A stretch of 64,000 bases of DNA, taken from the NCBI GenBank assembly GCA_963804525.1, contig CAWDQO010000005.1, positions 543,261 through 607,260 of the forward strand, in the 5' to 3' direction. The notes below the pieces were generated by a model. The model had not been told where the DNA came from and ran no database searches. It saw only the letters and a list, made by a program, of their open reading frames with translations. The translations under genes were made by a program, and so were the position numbers. Positions 19,712 through 30,943 of the stretch are shown piece by piece (position 1 is the first letter of the stretch; the number at the start of each line of letters is the position of its first letter). Source of the DNA: an uncultured Thermoplasmata archaeon. GTDB taxonomy: Archaea > Thermoplasmatota > Thermoplasmata > Lutacidiplasmatales > UBA184.

Positions 19712-20704
19712 GTGGACCTGTTCACCCACGTCCTGACCGCCTACCTGCTGACCTTTGGCCTTGTCGGCTACCAGCCGAACTATCTCATCGCGGGCGCGAT
19801 CGCCGGCGGCCTCCCCGACGCCGACATCCTCGTCTTTCCGCTCGCCAAGCGGTTCCCGATCCTCCGCCACCACGGGATCACCCACTCGATCTTCGGCGTC
19901 ACCGTGTTCGCGGCGATCGGCGGGCTCTGGGTCGCCCCGGCGCTCTCCCACGGCGGGAGTCCGCTCGTCTTCTTCGCGGTGATGATGGCCGGCGGGATCT
20001 GCCACATGCTCGAGGACGGGTTCACCCATTTCTCGGTGGCCCCGTTCCTGCCGTTCTCGGAGAAGCCGCTCGAGGTCGACGCCGACCGGGCGATCAATTT
20101 CATCACGCTGGTCGTCTCGGTCGTCTCGTTCTACGTCCTCCTCGGCGTCGAGCGAGGCCACGTCGCGTTCGAGGTCTACCTCGTCTCGGTCTACGCCCTG
20201 ATGGCGTTCTTCGTCGTCTACTTCGGCGTCCGGGCGTCGGCCCGCTACGCGGTCGGCCGGCGCCGGAAGGTCGTCGGCGACTTCGACGTCCCGGTCCCCA
20301 CGACGAACCCCCTCGTCTGGCTCCTCCTGCGGGAGTCGAAGACCGATGGGCGGATGCGGACGTCGTTCGCCCGGTACGTCTTCGGCCGCGGCGTAACGAA
20401 GGGGCCGTACACCGTCGACGTGCCGATGGACGCCGTGTCGGCCCCCGGTCCGGCGGCCGACGCCGCCGAGGCGCTCGCGCGGACCTACGGCGTCGCGCGG
20501 AAGGAGAGCAGCGTCCTCGACGACACCTACAGCTTCGGGGAAGCGGTCCCGACCGGCCCCGGCGCCTGGCGGGTGAACTGGTACAGCCTCGAGTTCTCCG
20601 CGTTCGGCCGGGCCGCGGGCGTCCGGGTCGACCTCGCCGCCGACGGCTCGACGAAGGCGAAGAGCGCCTGGCACGTCCCCCTCTGGCGGCGGGAGTTCGC
20701 CTAG
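19712..20704 (+). CDS. YdjM-like membrane metal-dependent hydrolase
   Basis: MDLFTH, LPDAD, HHGITHS, HMLED, several TM helices. Confidence 0.82.
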   Translation: MDLFTHVLTAYLLTFGLVGYQPNYLIAGAIAGGLPDADILVFPLAKRFPILRHHGITHSIFGVTVFAAIGGLWVAPALSHGGSPLVFFAVMMAGGICHMLEDGFTHFSVAPFLPFSEKPLEVDADRAINFITLVVSVVSFYVLLGVERGHVAFEVYLVSVYALMAFFVVYFGVRASARYAVGRRRKVVGDFDVPVPTTNPLVWLLLRESKTDGRMRTSFARYVFGRGVTKGPYTVDVPMDAVSAPGPAADAAEALARTYGVARKESSVLDDTYSFGEAVPTGPGAWRVNWYSLEFSAFGRAAGVRVDLAADGSTKAKSAWHVPLWRREFA

Positions 20705-20705
20705 G

Positions 20706-21698
20706 ATGGCGGCGGGTGCGCCCCGGGCGTCGGGCGACCTCGTCGACCCCGCGAGCGCCCCGTCGGAGACGCGGCGGCTCCTCACCGAGTGGGCGCAGGC
20801 GTCGGCCGGCACGGGGGCCCCCTGGACCGCGTCCCTCCTCGACTGGGCGACCGGCGCGCTCGCCGACGGGAGGTTCGTCGGTCGGCTCTGGGTCGGGCCG
20901 AACGACGAGGCCGTCGGGGTCGCGCTCGGCCTTCCCCCCGGCGAGCTCGGTGGCCGCGTCGAGGTGACGTACCTCTCGGAGGGGTTCCGGAACCCCGCGT
21001 CGGTCGCCGCGTTCGTCGCCCGGCTCGACCGGCCGGACGGGTTCGGTCCGGTCGTCGAGCTCCCGGACCCGCCGGCCGGCCACGACCTCGCGGCGTTCGC
21101 CGCGGCGGTCCGACCGCTCGGCTTCGTCGCCGTTCCGCGGGTCGACATGCGGTTTCCCGGCGACCGACCTCCCCCGAACGCCCCGAAGGTGGTCGGTGTC
21201 CGGGTCCGGACGATGCGGCCGGACGACGCCGAGGCGGTCGCGGCCCTGACGGTGCGGGCGTACTCCGACAACCGGGTCGACACCGCGCTCTTCCAGCGGC
21301 ACCTCGACCCGATGGCCGACGCGCGGGCCGGGACCGCCGCGCTCCTCGGCACCTCGATCGGCGAGTGGCTCGCGTTCGCCTCGTTCGTGGCCGAGGACGA
21401 CGAGGGCGTCCTCGGCGCGACGGTCGTCAACGACCACGCGGGGCCGCTGATCACCCAGGTGATGGTCGACCCGCGGGCCCGCGGAGCAGGGCACGCCTCC
21501 CGGCTCCTCGGGGCCTCGGTCGCGGCGGTGCGGGCCGCGGGCCGGCCGGAGCCGCGGCTCGTCGTGACGTGCGCGAACCGGCGGGCCCGCCGGTTGGACG
21601 AACACCTGGGATTCGTCGAGGACCCGTCGACGCTCGGGTCGCGGTGGCTCCACGCGGGCCGGCTCGGACTCACCGACGCCGACCTCGCCGGGCCGTAG
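20706..21698 (+). CDS. GNAT family N-acetyltransferase
   Basis: VMVDPRARGAGHA acetyl-CoA motif and N..ARRL..HLGF in the C-terminal half. Confidence 0.78.
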   Translation: MAAGAPRASGDLVDPASAPSETRRLLTEWAQASAGTGAPWTASLLDWATGALADGRFVGRLWVGPNDEAVGVALGLPPGELGGRVEVTYLSEGFRNPASVAAFVARLDRPDGFGPVVELPDPPAGHDLAAFAAAVRPLGFVAVPRVDMRFPGDRPPPNAPKVVGVRVRTMRPDDAEAVAALTVRAYSDNRVDTALFQRHLDPMADARAGTAALLGTSIGEWLAFASFVAEDDEGVLGATVVNDHAGPLITQVMVDPRARGAGHASRLLGASVAAVRAAGRPEPRLVVTCANRRARRLDEHLGFVEDPSTLGSRWLHAGRLGLTDADLAGP

Positions 21699-21781
21699 CG
21701 GCCCTGCCGGCGGCCGAGGCCCGGAGGTTCCGGGCCCGGCCCGTACGAGATGGTATGAAGCGCGGAGCGGTCGGGGACAGG

Positions 21782-24700
21782 ATGACGGCGAACGCGTCCG
21801 GGCGACCGGCCCGGCCGAAGGACCGCGCGCTCCCGGCCGCCCTGATCCTCCTGGTCTGCGCGGTGGTCGTGGGGAGCTACGCGTCGTTGCCCACCGTCGC
21901 CGTGGTCACGAGCCCGGTCGCGTCCCCCTCGGCGGCGATCACGAGCCCGGCGGGGACCACCGCGACGCCCGTCGGGGTCGGCCCCACGGTCGTCCCCCCA
22001 ACGCTCGCGTCGTCGATCGCCGCGACCCCGTGGACGACCCCCAAGGTCACGTTCGATGCTCCGGGACCGCACCTCGCGTCGTGGGGTGGCCCGGCCCCGC
22101 CGGGCGCGCCGACGCCCGAGATCCCGCATGCCTCGTCCGGAGGAGGATGGTGGGGCGGCAACGAGAGCGGCCTCAACACGCGCTGCGCCGGGATCTGGCC
22201 CTCGACGGGCGGGCAGTCGCAGGTACTACGGGAGCTGCTACGGGCACGACGAGCCCGGGATCGACCCGTACTCGAACCTCGTCGGGAGCGGCGGGAACGT
22301 GACGTGGCACATCCAGCTGCCGGTCGACCGGAGCCCGACCGAGAACCAGTCGAGCCTGTACATCGCGATCTGGTTCGGGATGACGTTGAGCGACCCGTAC
22401 GCGTGGATGAACCAGTGCTTCCTCGAGCTCCAGTTCTACCCGGATTCGAGCTGGAGTGACCCGTTCGGGACGGTCGACGGGAGTTGGGACGGCGCCGCCG
22501 TCGCCTGGCAGATCCAGGCGTCGAGCGGGTACGAGAACCCGTGCTACTACTCCCCGCTGATGACCTCGGGGAACACGTCGTCGTACTTTCACATGACCCA
22601 GGGCGACTCGGTCAACGTGACGATGAACGGGTGGATCGGCGACCCGTACGGGGAGAACATCTCGGTCGACGACACCTCGAGCGGCCAGTCGTCGTTCGTC
22701 ACGATGTACAACTCGTCGGGGCACTACCCGGTCGACCCGGCGTACGCGACGAGCTCCTGGTCGAACGCGCTCTGGTGGACCCCGGGAGGCGAGACGCCCG
22801 TCTCGTTCGCCTTCGAGACCGGTCACGCCGTGAACCCGGCCGTCCCGGAGAACAACAGTTTCGGCGGATGCAGCCCGGGGGCCCCTCCGCCAACCCCGTG
22901 GAACGGGGCCGTTCCGTGCCCGAGCTACGAGCCCGGGGCGTGGGCGAACGACACCCTCGTCCCCTGGCAGATCGCCGCCCCGACGTTCTTTAACGCGACC
23001 GCCCGGCAGAACGCGACGCAGGTCGGATTCAGCCAGGACCTCGGCGGGCTCGCGTTCATCGACGGGACCGACTACTTCGGCTCGTTCCCGTACACGTGCC
23101 TCGGCCAGGAAATGAGCGCGTACTGCACCTACCCCTGGTACAGCTACTCCTGTTCGACCCACGCGTACAACTTCGGGGCCACCGACTACCCGACGACGAC
23201 CGACGATTTCGACAAAGCGCTCGAATTCAAGAGCGTCACCACGCAGAACGCCGCCGGGGAGGGATACTACCCCGTAACGAACGAATCGGTCCCGAGCTGC
23301 GGCGCGACGTCGACGGTCACCGCCGGAACGAGCGGGTCGGGGTCCGGGACGGTCGACTTCCTGAACGGCACGGTCACGAACGCGGTCCGGGTCTTCTCCG
23401 GCGTCGCGTCGGGGAACTACTCGGTGGCCGCGTGGGCGAGCCCGGGGTCGACGTTCGACCACTGGAGCGTCGTCGGCGGGGCGACGGTCGCGCCCGCCGA
23501 CGACCCGTGGGCCAACGTCGACGTCACCGGTGCGAGCGTCGTCACCGCCGTGTTCGACCTCGCCGGCACCGTCGGGGGCCTCGAGGCCAACGTGACGTTC
23601 GCCTCCTCCCTCGCCTCGGCCCGGTTCGCGGTCATCGCCGGCGTCGCCTCGAGCGGGTTCGGCATCGGAGCGTCTCCGGAGACCTGGGAGATCCCGAACG
23701 GCACCACCCTCGCGCTCGCGCCCGGGTTGTACTCCCTCGAGGGCCAACCTCCGCCCGGGTACAACTTCACCGGCTGGGCGGGGACGTCCGGGGTCCGCGT
23801 CTCCGCCCCGACGTTCCCGGACACGGTCCTCGACGTCCCCGCGGGGGCGAACGCGACCGTGACCGCCTCGTTCGCCGCCGCGTCCGGAGCCGCCGAGGTC
23901 CTGATCGAGACACCGAACCCGTCGGACGTCGTGACGCTCGACGGCGTGAATTATTCCGGCGGGTTCGCCGTGACCGGCCTCGCGGTCGGCACGTTCCGGC
24001 TCAACTTCACGCCCGCCGCCGGGTCGACGTTCGTCACGTGGGAGTACGGGGGTCTCGCGATGATGACGAACTTCTCGCAATCGACGTGGGCGACGTTCGA
24101 ATCGGGGGTCTCGGAGATCCTCGCGGTGAGCTCCGCCGTCGAGGCGGTCACGCTGAACGACTCGGGGAGCAACGGGGAGGTCGCCTGGAACACCGAGGGG
24201 AACGCCACGGCCCTCTCCGTTCCCTCGGGGACGACGATCGACCAGACCACGACGTCCGCCTCGAGCTCGTCCCCGGTCGTGTTCGGCATCGTCGCGACGC
24301 CGGCCCCCGGCTGGGGGTTCGCCAACTGGACCGTCTCTCCCGGCGCGGTCGCGTTCGTGCAAGCCCCGCTCGGCTCCGCGACGAACGTCCTGTTCAACTC
24401 GACCGGCGTGACCCCGGTCACAATCACCGCGAACTACGTCGCGAGCGGCTCGGCGAACGGGAGTCTCACGGTCTTCCCCTCCGGGTCCGGCTCCGTCACC
24501 CTGGGGTTCTCGTCGAACCACCTGACCGGCGGCAGCGGGCCCATCCCGAACGCGAGCTTCTACGTGGTCGAGTTCCCGAACTCCGGCGACGTCGTGACCG
24601 GGCTGACCGTCACGAACGGCACCGCCACCCTCGTCCAGGGGTCTTCGCCGACGACCCGTCCGTGGGTACCGTGGGTCTGGGTCGTGACCGCGGTCGGACC

Positions 24701-26345
24701 ATCGACCGCCCTGAACGCGACGTTCGCGCCGCTGACGTACCCGGTCACCTTCGTGGCCAACCCGCCGACCGGCGACCCGGTCGCGACGTTGAACGGCACG
24801 TCGCTCGGGGTCGGGCAGACGCTCTGGCTGGCCAACGGGACGTACTCGCTCTCCGTCGCCCTCGGGTCCGGGGTCACGTTCTCCTCGTGGACGTCCTCGT
24901 GGAGCCGCCTCGCCGTCGCGAGCACATCGCTCGCCACGACGACCGTGAACGTCACGGGGCCGGGCACCGTCTACGCCCTCGGGTCGACGTCCACCCCGAA
25001 CCCTCCCGTTTCGGCGACGGTGAGCCCGAACGGGGCGACCGTGACACCGGGGGAGGGGGTCGTGTTCAACGCGACCGTCGCCTGCCTGGGCGGCCTGGCG
25101 TGCCCGAACGGCACCACGTACGCCTGGTCGGTGGGAAATGCGTCGGTCGGGACGCTGAACGCATCGACCGGCGGCTCCGTCCTCTTCCGTGCGGCCGCGG
25201 TGTATGGGACGACCGACCTCCTGGTCAACGCCACGTTGAACGGCTCGTCGGTGATGAGCGCGCCGGTCGTGGTCGAGGTGATCCCCAACCTCGCGACCGT
25301 GACGGTCCACAACGAGACCTCGTCCCAGATCTATGCCGGGCAGACCGTCTCGCTCGTCGCGGACCCCGGCTGCACGGACGGCGCGCCGTGCCCGACGGGG
25401 ATCACGTTCTCGTGGTTCAGTGAGGACCCCGCGCTCGGGACCGTTTCCCCCACCGGCCACGGGACGGCCACGTTCCAGTCCGCGGACGGGGTCAACGGCT
25501 CCACGGGCGTCGGAGTGACGGCGATCCTCGAGGGCAGCGCCAACGTCACGGGGTTCGCCTTCGTTTCGGTCGCCTACCCGCTCTTGACGAGCGTCACGGT
25601 CGGGCCGTCGACGGTCGAGTCGGCCCCGGGGGCCTCCACGAACTTCTCGGCGGCTCCCGCGTGCACCGACGGTCTTGCGTGCCCGACCGGCACGACGTTC
25701 ACCTGGGCGCTCTCGTCCGCCTCGCTCGGCTCACTCAGCACCGCGACGGGAGCGACGACGGAGTTCACGGCCGGAACCACGAACGCCGCGGGATGGCTCA
25801 ACGCGACGGGGACGCTCCACGGCGTGACCGTGGCCGCCGCCTCCGTCCCGATCGTCGTCGAGCTACCGGCGGCCGCCCTCACCGGAGTGGTCGTCACCCC
25901 GGCGACCGTGTCCCTCGCGGCCGGGGCGATGCAGACGTTCACCGCCGTGCCCACGTGCTCGCCCGGACCGTGTCCGAGCGGGGTCGCCATCGCGTGGGCG
26001 CTCTCGGCCCCGGTCGGCTCGGTGTCGGCCCTGTCGGGTTCGACGACGGTGGTCACCGCCTCGGCGGCCGGAACGGCCACGCTCTACGCGAACGCGACGT
26101 TGTCCGGCGTGACCGACTCGGGCTCCGCCGTGGTCACCGTGACGACGACGCCCGGCGGAGGGTCGACGAGCTCGACGCCGTTCTACGAGAGCCCGCTCCT
26201 GTGGATCGCGGTGGTCGTCCTCCTCGTGGTCGTGGTCGCCGCGGTCATCCTTCTGCGCCGCGGTCCGAGCCCCCCGAGCACCGAGACGCCGGCGGGTTCG
26301 CCGGGCGCCGGCTCGGACGGGGGAACGCCGCCGAGCTCGCCCTGA
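21782..26345 (+). CDS. Large cell-surface protein (about 1500 aa): Cys/Trp-rich N-terminal domain, B-repeat-like units, four Cys-pair Ig-like repeats, C-terminal TM
   Basis: Signal anchor ALPAALILLVCAVVV in one frame, shifting near 22220 into ORF 22056..26345; TM LLWIAVVVLLVVVVAAVILLRR. Alternative start at 21755. Confidence 0.8.
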
Positions 26346-26405
26346 CCTGGGAGCGGGGCCCGGCCCCGCGGCTCCGGCGCCATGCGAGGGGGTCGGCGAC
26401 GCCCG

Positions 26406-28145
26406 TCAGGCGATCGCGACCGGCGGACGCCGGTGGGGAGCGGTCGCTCCCCCGTCGAGCGGCTCCGGTTCCGACGGGCCCCCCGTCGCGTGCACCCGTT
26501 CCCGGAGGACCGCCTCGTACGCGCTGTCGAGCCGGCGGGACGCCTTCGACCCGATCCATCCGGCATCGACGAGTTCCCGGAGACCGGCCCGGAGCCGCAT
26601 CGGAAGGTCCGGGTCGGGGAGCACGTCCGCGCCCCGGACGATCTCGTACGTCGCATGGGCGAGCCACGGGTCGGTCGCGAGCGCCTCCTCGAGGGTCCGC
26701 CGGAGCGCGCCGTCGAAGTGGGCGGTCCGGGGCTCAAGGGGGAGGACCGCGCCGCCGAACAGCCCCTTGAGGGCCGTGCCGAGGTCGTGGCCCGAGCGGA
26801 GCCGCATCGGGGGGAAGACGCTCGCGCGGAGGCCGCGCGGGCCGCGGAGGAGGGCCACCCAGAGCGGGAACCAGATGACCGAGACGTTCGGGGGAGTGCT
26901 CGGCGCGAGGAAGTACTGCTGGAGGACGTCCCGCTGCTGCGTGCGCGCGGCGAGGTGGCCGTCGATGGCCCCGACGACCTCGGAGCCGACCCCGGCGAGC
27001 TGGTCGCGGAACAGTTCCCGCTCGGCGAGCCGCTCCGCCTCGGAGTGCTCGACGGCGGTGACCCGACCGGTCAGGGCCACGACCGCGGCCCGCTCCCGCT
27101 CGTGGAGCGCCTCGAGCCGGGCGAGCGACTCCCGGATCGACCGGTGCGCGTCCCGGACCTCGGAGGCGGCGCGCCGACCGCGAACCTGGTGGGGAGCGGC
27201 GTCGCCGCCGCGGTCGAGCGAGCGGGCGGCGAGGAGGTCGGCGGTCCGCTGCTCGATGTTCCCCCGGACGACCGTGGCCTGTCCGAGCCGGACCGCCTCG
27301 GCCTCCCGGCGGACCTCCGTGTGGACGGCCGCGTCGAGCCGGTCGGACTCCCGGGTCAGCTCGTGGAGCGCGCGGTCGAGATGGAGCCCCCCGTCGGCCC
27401 GGACCTCGTCGGTCTCGGCGTCGGTGGTGAGGAGCGCCTCCCCGAGGCGGACCGCGACCCGGGCCTTCAGCGCCTCGAGGTCCTGGAGGTCGCTCGTGAA
27501 CCGGCCGAGCCACCGGCCCATCTGCTCGACCGCCGCCCCGTACCACGGCAGGTCGTGCCGGGCCGGGAGGAACCCCGGGTGCGGGGACTGCGGTTCGCGC
27601 CGGAACTCGGCCTGCGCGAGGACGTCGAAGAGGAGCGGGGGGTCGATCGGGAGGAACCCCTCGACCGCGAGCACTTCCGCCCCCGGGTCCTCGGCGAAGC
27701 TCGGACGGAGCCCTTCGAGCGCGACGAGGAGGTCCCGCGGCGCCGCCGGCCGGTCGAGGGTCGTATGGACCGCGGCGAGCGGCGGCAGGAGCGAGTACCG
27801 GAACGTCCTCCGCCAGACTCCCGTGCCGTCGAAGATGGCGACCCGCCCGGGGGTCGGAGAGGGGAGGACCACGAGCGGCCAGTAGATGTTCGCGACCGCC
27901 TCGAGCGTCTCGGTCCCGCCGAGGTGGAGCCGCTGGGAGAGTCCGGTCCGCTCCGCCTCGACGCTCGCGAGGATCGTCGCGAGGACGACCGTGTCGGGGA
28001 GCTCGCGCGGCTGGCCGGCCCCGTCGACGCCCATCGCGAAACCGAGGGTCACCTCGCGCGGCCCCTCGGCCCCGCTCGGGTCGGTGGGCGGGCGAACGGC
28101 GCGTGCGGCGCGGGGGCGTTGCGCCGGGGCGGTCGAGGGCGCCAT
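26406..28145 (-). CDS. Hypothetical protein with central coiled coil
   Basis: About 579 aa from MAPSTAP; E/R/A/L-rich helical centre; TTTATA about 25 nt upstream of the ATG. Confidence 0.75.
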   Translation of the reverse strand: MAPSTAPAQRPRAARAVRPPTDPSGAEGPREVTLGFAMGVDGAGQPRELPDTVVLATILASVEAERTGLSQRLHLGGTETLEAVANIYWPLVVLPSPTPGRVAIFDGTGVWRRTFRYSLLPPLAAVHTTLDRPAAPRDLLVALEGLRPSFAEDPGAEVLAVEGFLPIDPPLLFDVLAQAEFRREPQSPHPGFLPARHDLPWYGAAVEQMGRWLGRFTSDLQDLEALKARVAVRLGEALLTTDAETDEVRADGGLHLDRALHELTRESDRLDAAVHTEVRREAEAVRLGQATVVRGNIEQRTADLLAARSLDRGGDAAPHQVRGRRAASEVRDAHRSIRESLARLEALHERERAAVVALTGRVTAVEHSEAERLAERELFRDQLAGVGSEVVGAIDGHLAARTQQRDVLQQYFLAPSTPPNVSVIWFPLWVALLRGPRGLRASVFPPMRLRSGHDLGTALKGLFGGAVLPLEPRTAHFDGALRRTLEEALATDPWLAHATYEIVRGADVLPDPDLPMRLRAGLRELVDAGWIGSKASRRLDSAYEAVLRERVHATGGPSEPEPLDGGATAPHRRPPVAIA

Positions 28146-28170
28146 GGTCCGGAGAAGGTTGCGCAATACG

Positions 28171-28176
28171 TATAAA
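28171..28176 (-). promoter_or_regulatory. Putative TATA box (TTTATA), leaderless-type spacing, with TTGCGCAA palindrome at 28159-28166
   Basis: GTTTATACGTATTGCGCAA on the minus strand upstream of ATG 28145. Confidence 0.55.
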
Positions 28177-28335
28177 CCCACACTCTCGCATCGCGGCGCG
28201 CGTCGCCCCGGTGCGTCGGAGCGCGGGCGCCCCGTCGGCCCGCGACGGGAGGTGCCGGCGACCGGTGGCAGGGAAGGAACGGCGGGCCCGAGGAGCTTAT
28301 CGGCCCGGACCGGTCGGGCCCCCAGGGCGGTCGAG

Positions 28336-29151
28336 GTGCCGGTCGGTCCGGGCGGTCTCGCGTTCGACTTCGTCGGCGAGGGAACCGAGCCGATCGTGCT
28401 CGTCCACGGTTCGTGGTCGGACCGTTCCTCCTGGGACCGGCTCGTGCCGGTCCTGTCGAGCGGGTTCAAGATTCTCCGGTACGACCGGCGGGGCCACGGG
28501 GAGAGCCCGCCGGTCCCGGGACTCCGCTCGGTGACGTGGGAAGCCGACGAGCTGGCCGACCTGTTGATCGAGACCGACCACTTCCCGGCCCACATCCTCG
28601 GCGTCTCGTACGGGGCCGCCGTCGCGCTCGCCCTCACCGTCCGGCGCCCCGAGCTCGTCCGGAGCGTGATCGTCCACGAGCCGGCGCTGGTCGCGTGGCC
28701 GCCGGTCGAGGAGCGGCCCGAGGTCCGGAGCGCTCGCGTCGAGCTCGACGCGTACGCGAAGCGGTTCCGGTCGGAGGTCCCGGAGGACGCGGCCCGGGAG
28801 TTCGCCGAGCGGTTCGTCACGGGACCCGGGGGGTTCGACCGGCTGCCGCCCGAGACTCGCCAGGCGTTCCACGACGGCGCGCTCGAGTGGCCGGACGAGC
28901 TCGCCGCCCTCGAGCGGGTCGACCTCGACCCGTCCCTCGTGGGCGGGGTCGACCTCCCCGCGCTCGTCACCCACGGCGAACTGAGCCCGCCCTACCTCGT
29001 CCGGATCGCGGCGTCGGTCGCCGATTCCCTCCCGAACGTGACGCGCCAGACCCTCGCCGGCGCGGCGCACTTCCCGCACGTCAGCCACCCCGCCCTGTTC
29101 GGCGGGGTCGTGCTCACCTACGCGCTCGAACGGAACGTCCCGTCGACCTGA
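28336..29151 (+). CDS. Alpha/beta fold hydrolase
   Basis: LVHGSW, YDRRGHGES, GVSYG nucleophile elbow, AAHFPH; start uncertain. Confidence 0.88.
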   Translation: MPVGPGGLAFDFVGEGTEPIVLVHGSWSDRSSWDRLVPVLSSGFKILRYDRRGHGESPPVPGLRSVTWEADELADLLIETDHFPAHILGVSYGAAVALALTVRRPELVRSVIVHEPALVAWPPVEERPEVRSARVELDAYAKRFRSEVPEDAAREFAERFVTGPGGFDRLPPETRQAFHDGALEWPDELAALERVDLDPSLVGGVDLPALVTHGELSPPYLVRIAASVADSLPNVTRQTLAGAAHFPHVSHPALFGGVVLTYALERNVPST

Positions 29152-29725
29152 CCGGTGACGCCCGGGACCGGACTGGCCGCCGGGAGGCCGCTTCGGCCGC
29201 CCTCCGCGTTGCCTCGCGCCGGCGCTGGACCGGGTCGATCCAGTACCGGAGCTCGGTCGTCGGGTGGAACCCGACCCGTTCGTAGACCCCCCGGCCCATC
29301 GCCGAGGCGTGCAACGTGACGCGCGCGTACCCCAACCGCTTCGCCAGCGCGATCGCCCGCCGGACCACCGCGGTCGCGACCCCACGCCCCCGGGCCCTCG
29401 GCGTCGTGTAGACGGAGAGGACGTACGGGACGCGGAGGTCGTCGATCCCGGGCCGGGGGTGCGTCGGCTGAAACCAGACCGCGCCGCTCCCGAGCGATCG
29501 GCCGTCGGTGCCCTCGGCGACCCAGGCGACCATCTCGCCCGAGGCGACCCGGGGGACCATCCAGGCGAGGTACGCGCATCCGTGACGGACGATCGCGGGC
29601 TCGGGCCGGTCGCCCATCTCCCGGAACATCGCGAGCCGGTGCCGGACGAGGAGGTCGGTGTCGGCGAGCGTGGCGCGTCGGAGGACGAACCCGAGGGGAG
29701 GGGCCGGCCGCGCGCGGGGAGCCAT
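29114..29725 (-). CDS. GNAT family N-acetyltransferase
   Basis: VYTTPRARGRGVA, LHASAMGRGVYERVGF. Confidence 0.85.
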   Translation of the reverse strand: MAPRARPAPPLGFVLRRATLADTDLLVRHRLAMFREMGDRPEPAIVRHGCAYLAWMVPRVASGEMVAWVAEGTDGRSLGSGAVWFQPTHPRPGIDDLRVPYVLSVYTTPRARGRGVATAVVRRAIALAKRLGYARVTLHASAMGRGVYERVGFHPTTELRYWIDPVQRRREATRRAAEAASRRPVRSRASPVRSTGRSVRARR

Positions 29726-29772
29726 CGGTGTCGGACCCGGGCGCGGGAAATAAGCGACCTGCCGCCCGGGCG

Positions 29773-30246
29773 TCAGTCGAGCTGCCGCCGGAACCGCTCG
29801 GCGACCTCGCGGGCGAGACCGACGAGCCGGACCACGCGGCCCTCGTCCGGCGCCTCGACGATCAGGACGATCCGCGGGGTCCCGACGCGGAGCTCGACCT
29901 GGCGGGTCGGGTCGAGCATCTCCGGGGGGGCCGCCCGCCGTCGCAGGAACCCCGGCGGGTCGCGGAAGTCCATCCGGACCCGGATCGTCCCGAGGTGCTC
30001 GGCGGCCGCGAACATCGTCCGCTCCTCGACCGTCCGCTCCCACTGGCGGAGCCCGATCCCACCGCGGCGTCGCTCGACCTCGACCCAGGGGCCGAGGACG
30101 AGCTCGCGGTACGTCGCGTACTCCTGCGTCCCCCGGAACGCGAGGTCGAGGTAGCCGAGCAGGAACCCGAAGGCGACGGGCCGGTCGTCGATCCCGGACC
30201 CATCGAGCGGGTCCGACCTGGGGTTCGGTTCCGCGGATCCGGCCAC
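29773..30246 (-). CDS. Hypothetical protein downstream of the AIM24 cluster
   Basis: 157-aa ORF with protein-like composition, co-oriented, 28 nt from the upstream gene. Confidence 0.6.
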   Translation of the reverse strand: MAGSAEPNPRSDPLDGSGIDDRPVAFGFLLGYLDLAFRGTQEYATYRELVLGPWVEVERRRGGIGLRQWERTVEERTMFAAAEHLGTIRVRMDFRDPPGFLRRRAAPPEMLDPTRQVELRVGTPRIVLIVEAPDEGRVVRLVGLAREVAERFRRQLD

Positions 30247-30274
30247 GTTCGTCCGGGTCCTCCGAGCGGATGGG

Positions 30275-30943
30275 TTATCCCGGACTCCCCGGGGTGTGCT
30301 TCGACGGGTCGATCGTCTGGAGGTAGACGTCCCCCGGGCCCTCCACCCGGAGCGCCTCGAAGCTGAGCGCGTGGCCGACGAGCCCCCCGCCGAGCGGCTG
30401 GTTGTACGCGCGGACCGAGACCGACGCGTCCTTCATCACGAGGGCGCCGTGGTCGACGTCCATCGCCTCCTTCTCGGCGAGGGTGAACTTGAGGATGTTC
30501 CCGTGTCCCTGGAATGCGAACGTGCCGGGGCCGGTGAGCCGGTCCATCCAGAACCCGATCATCCGGCCGACCCGTCCGGTCCCCGCGATGTAGAATGTGT
30601 CGTAGCCGATCGTGTTCGTCGCGAGGAGGAGCGAGTGTTCCGCGACATCGACCGCCTTGCCGGGCTCGAGCATCACGACCCGGGTCTCGCCGGGGCGGAA
30701 CCGGCTGAAGGCCACGTAGCCGGGACCGGTATACTCGTGGAGCTGGAACGGGAGCCCCCCGAACAGCGTCCGCTTCATGGCCCCGAGGACCCCGCCCTGG
30801 GTCAGCCAGCGGTACCCGAACCCGATCGTCGGGTCGGAGAACACCATCAGCCCCCCCTCGCAGAAGATCTGCTCCCCGGGGCCGAGGGTCGCGAGCGCGA
30901 CCGGGATGAAATCGCCTTTGATGTCGACCTGCATCGGGGTCAC
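30275..30943 (-). CDS. AIM24 family (TRAP-like fold) protein, copy 3
   Basis: TLGPGEQIFCEGGLM, LFGGLPF..EYTGPGYV, RLTGPGTFAFQGHG, VDHGALV, RVEGPGDVYLQT. Confidence 0.88.
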   Translation of the reverse strand: MTPMQVDIKGDFIPVALATLGPGEQIFCEGGLMVFSDPTIGFGYRWLTQGGVLGAMKRTLFGGLPFQLHEYTGPGYVAFSRFRPGETRVVMLEPGKAVDVAEHSLLLATNTIGYDTFYIAGTGRVGRMIGFWMDRLTGPGTFAFQGHGNILKFTLAEKEAMDVDHGALVMKDASVSVRAYNQPLGGGLVGHALSFEALRVEGPGDVYLQTIDPSKHTPGSPG

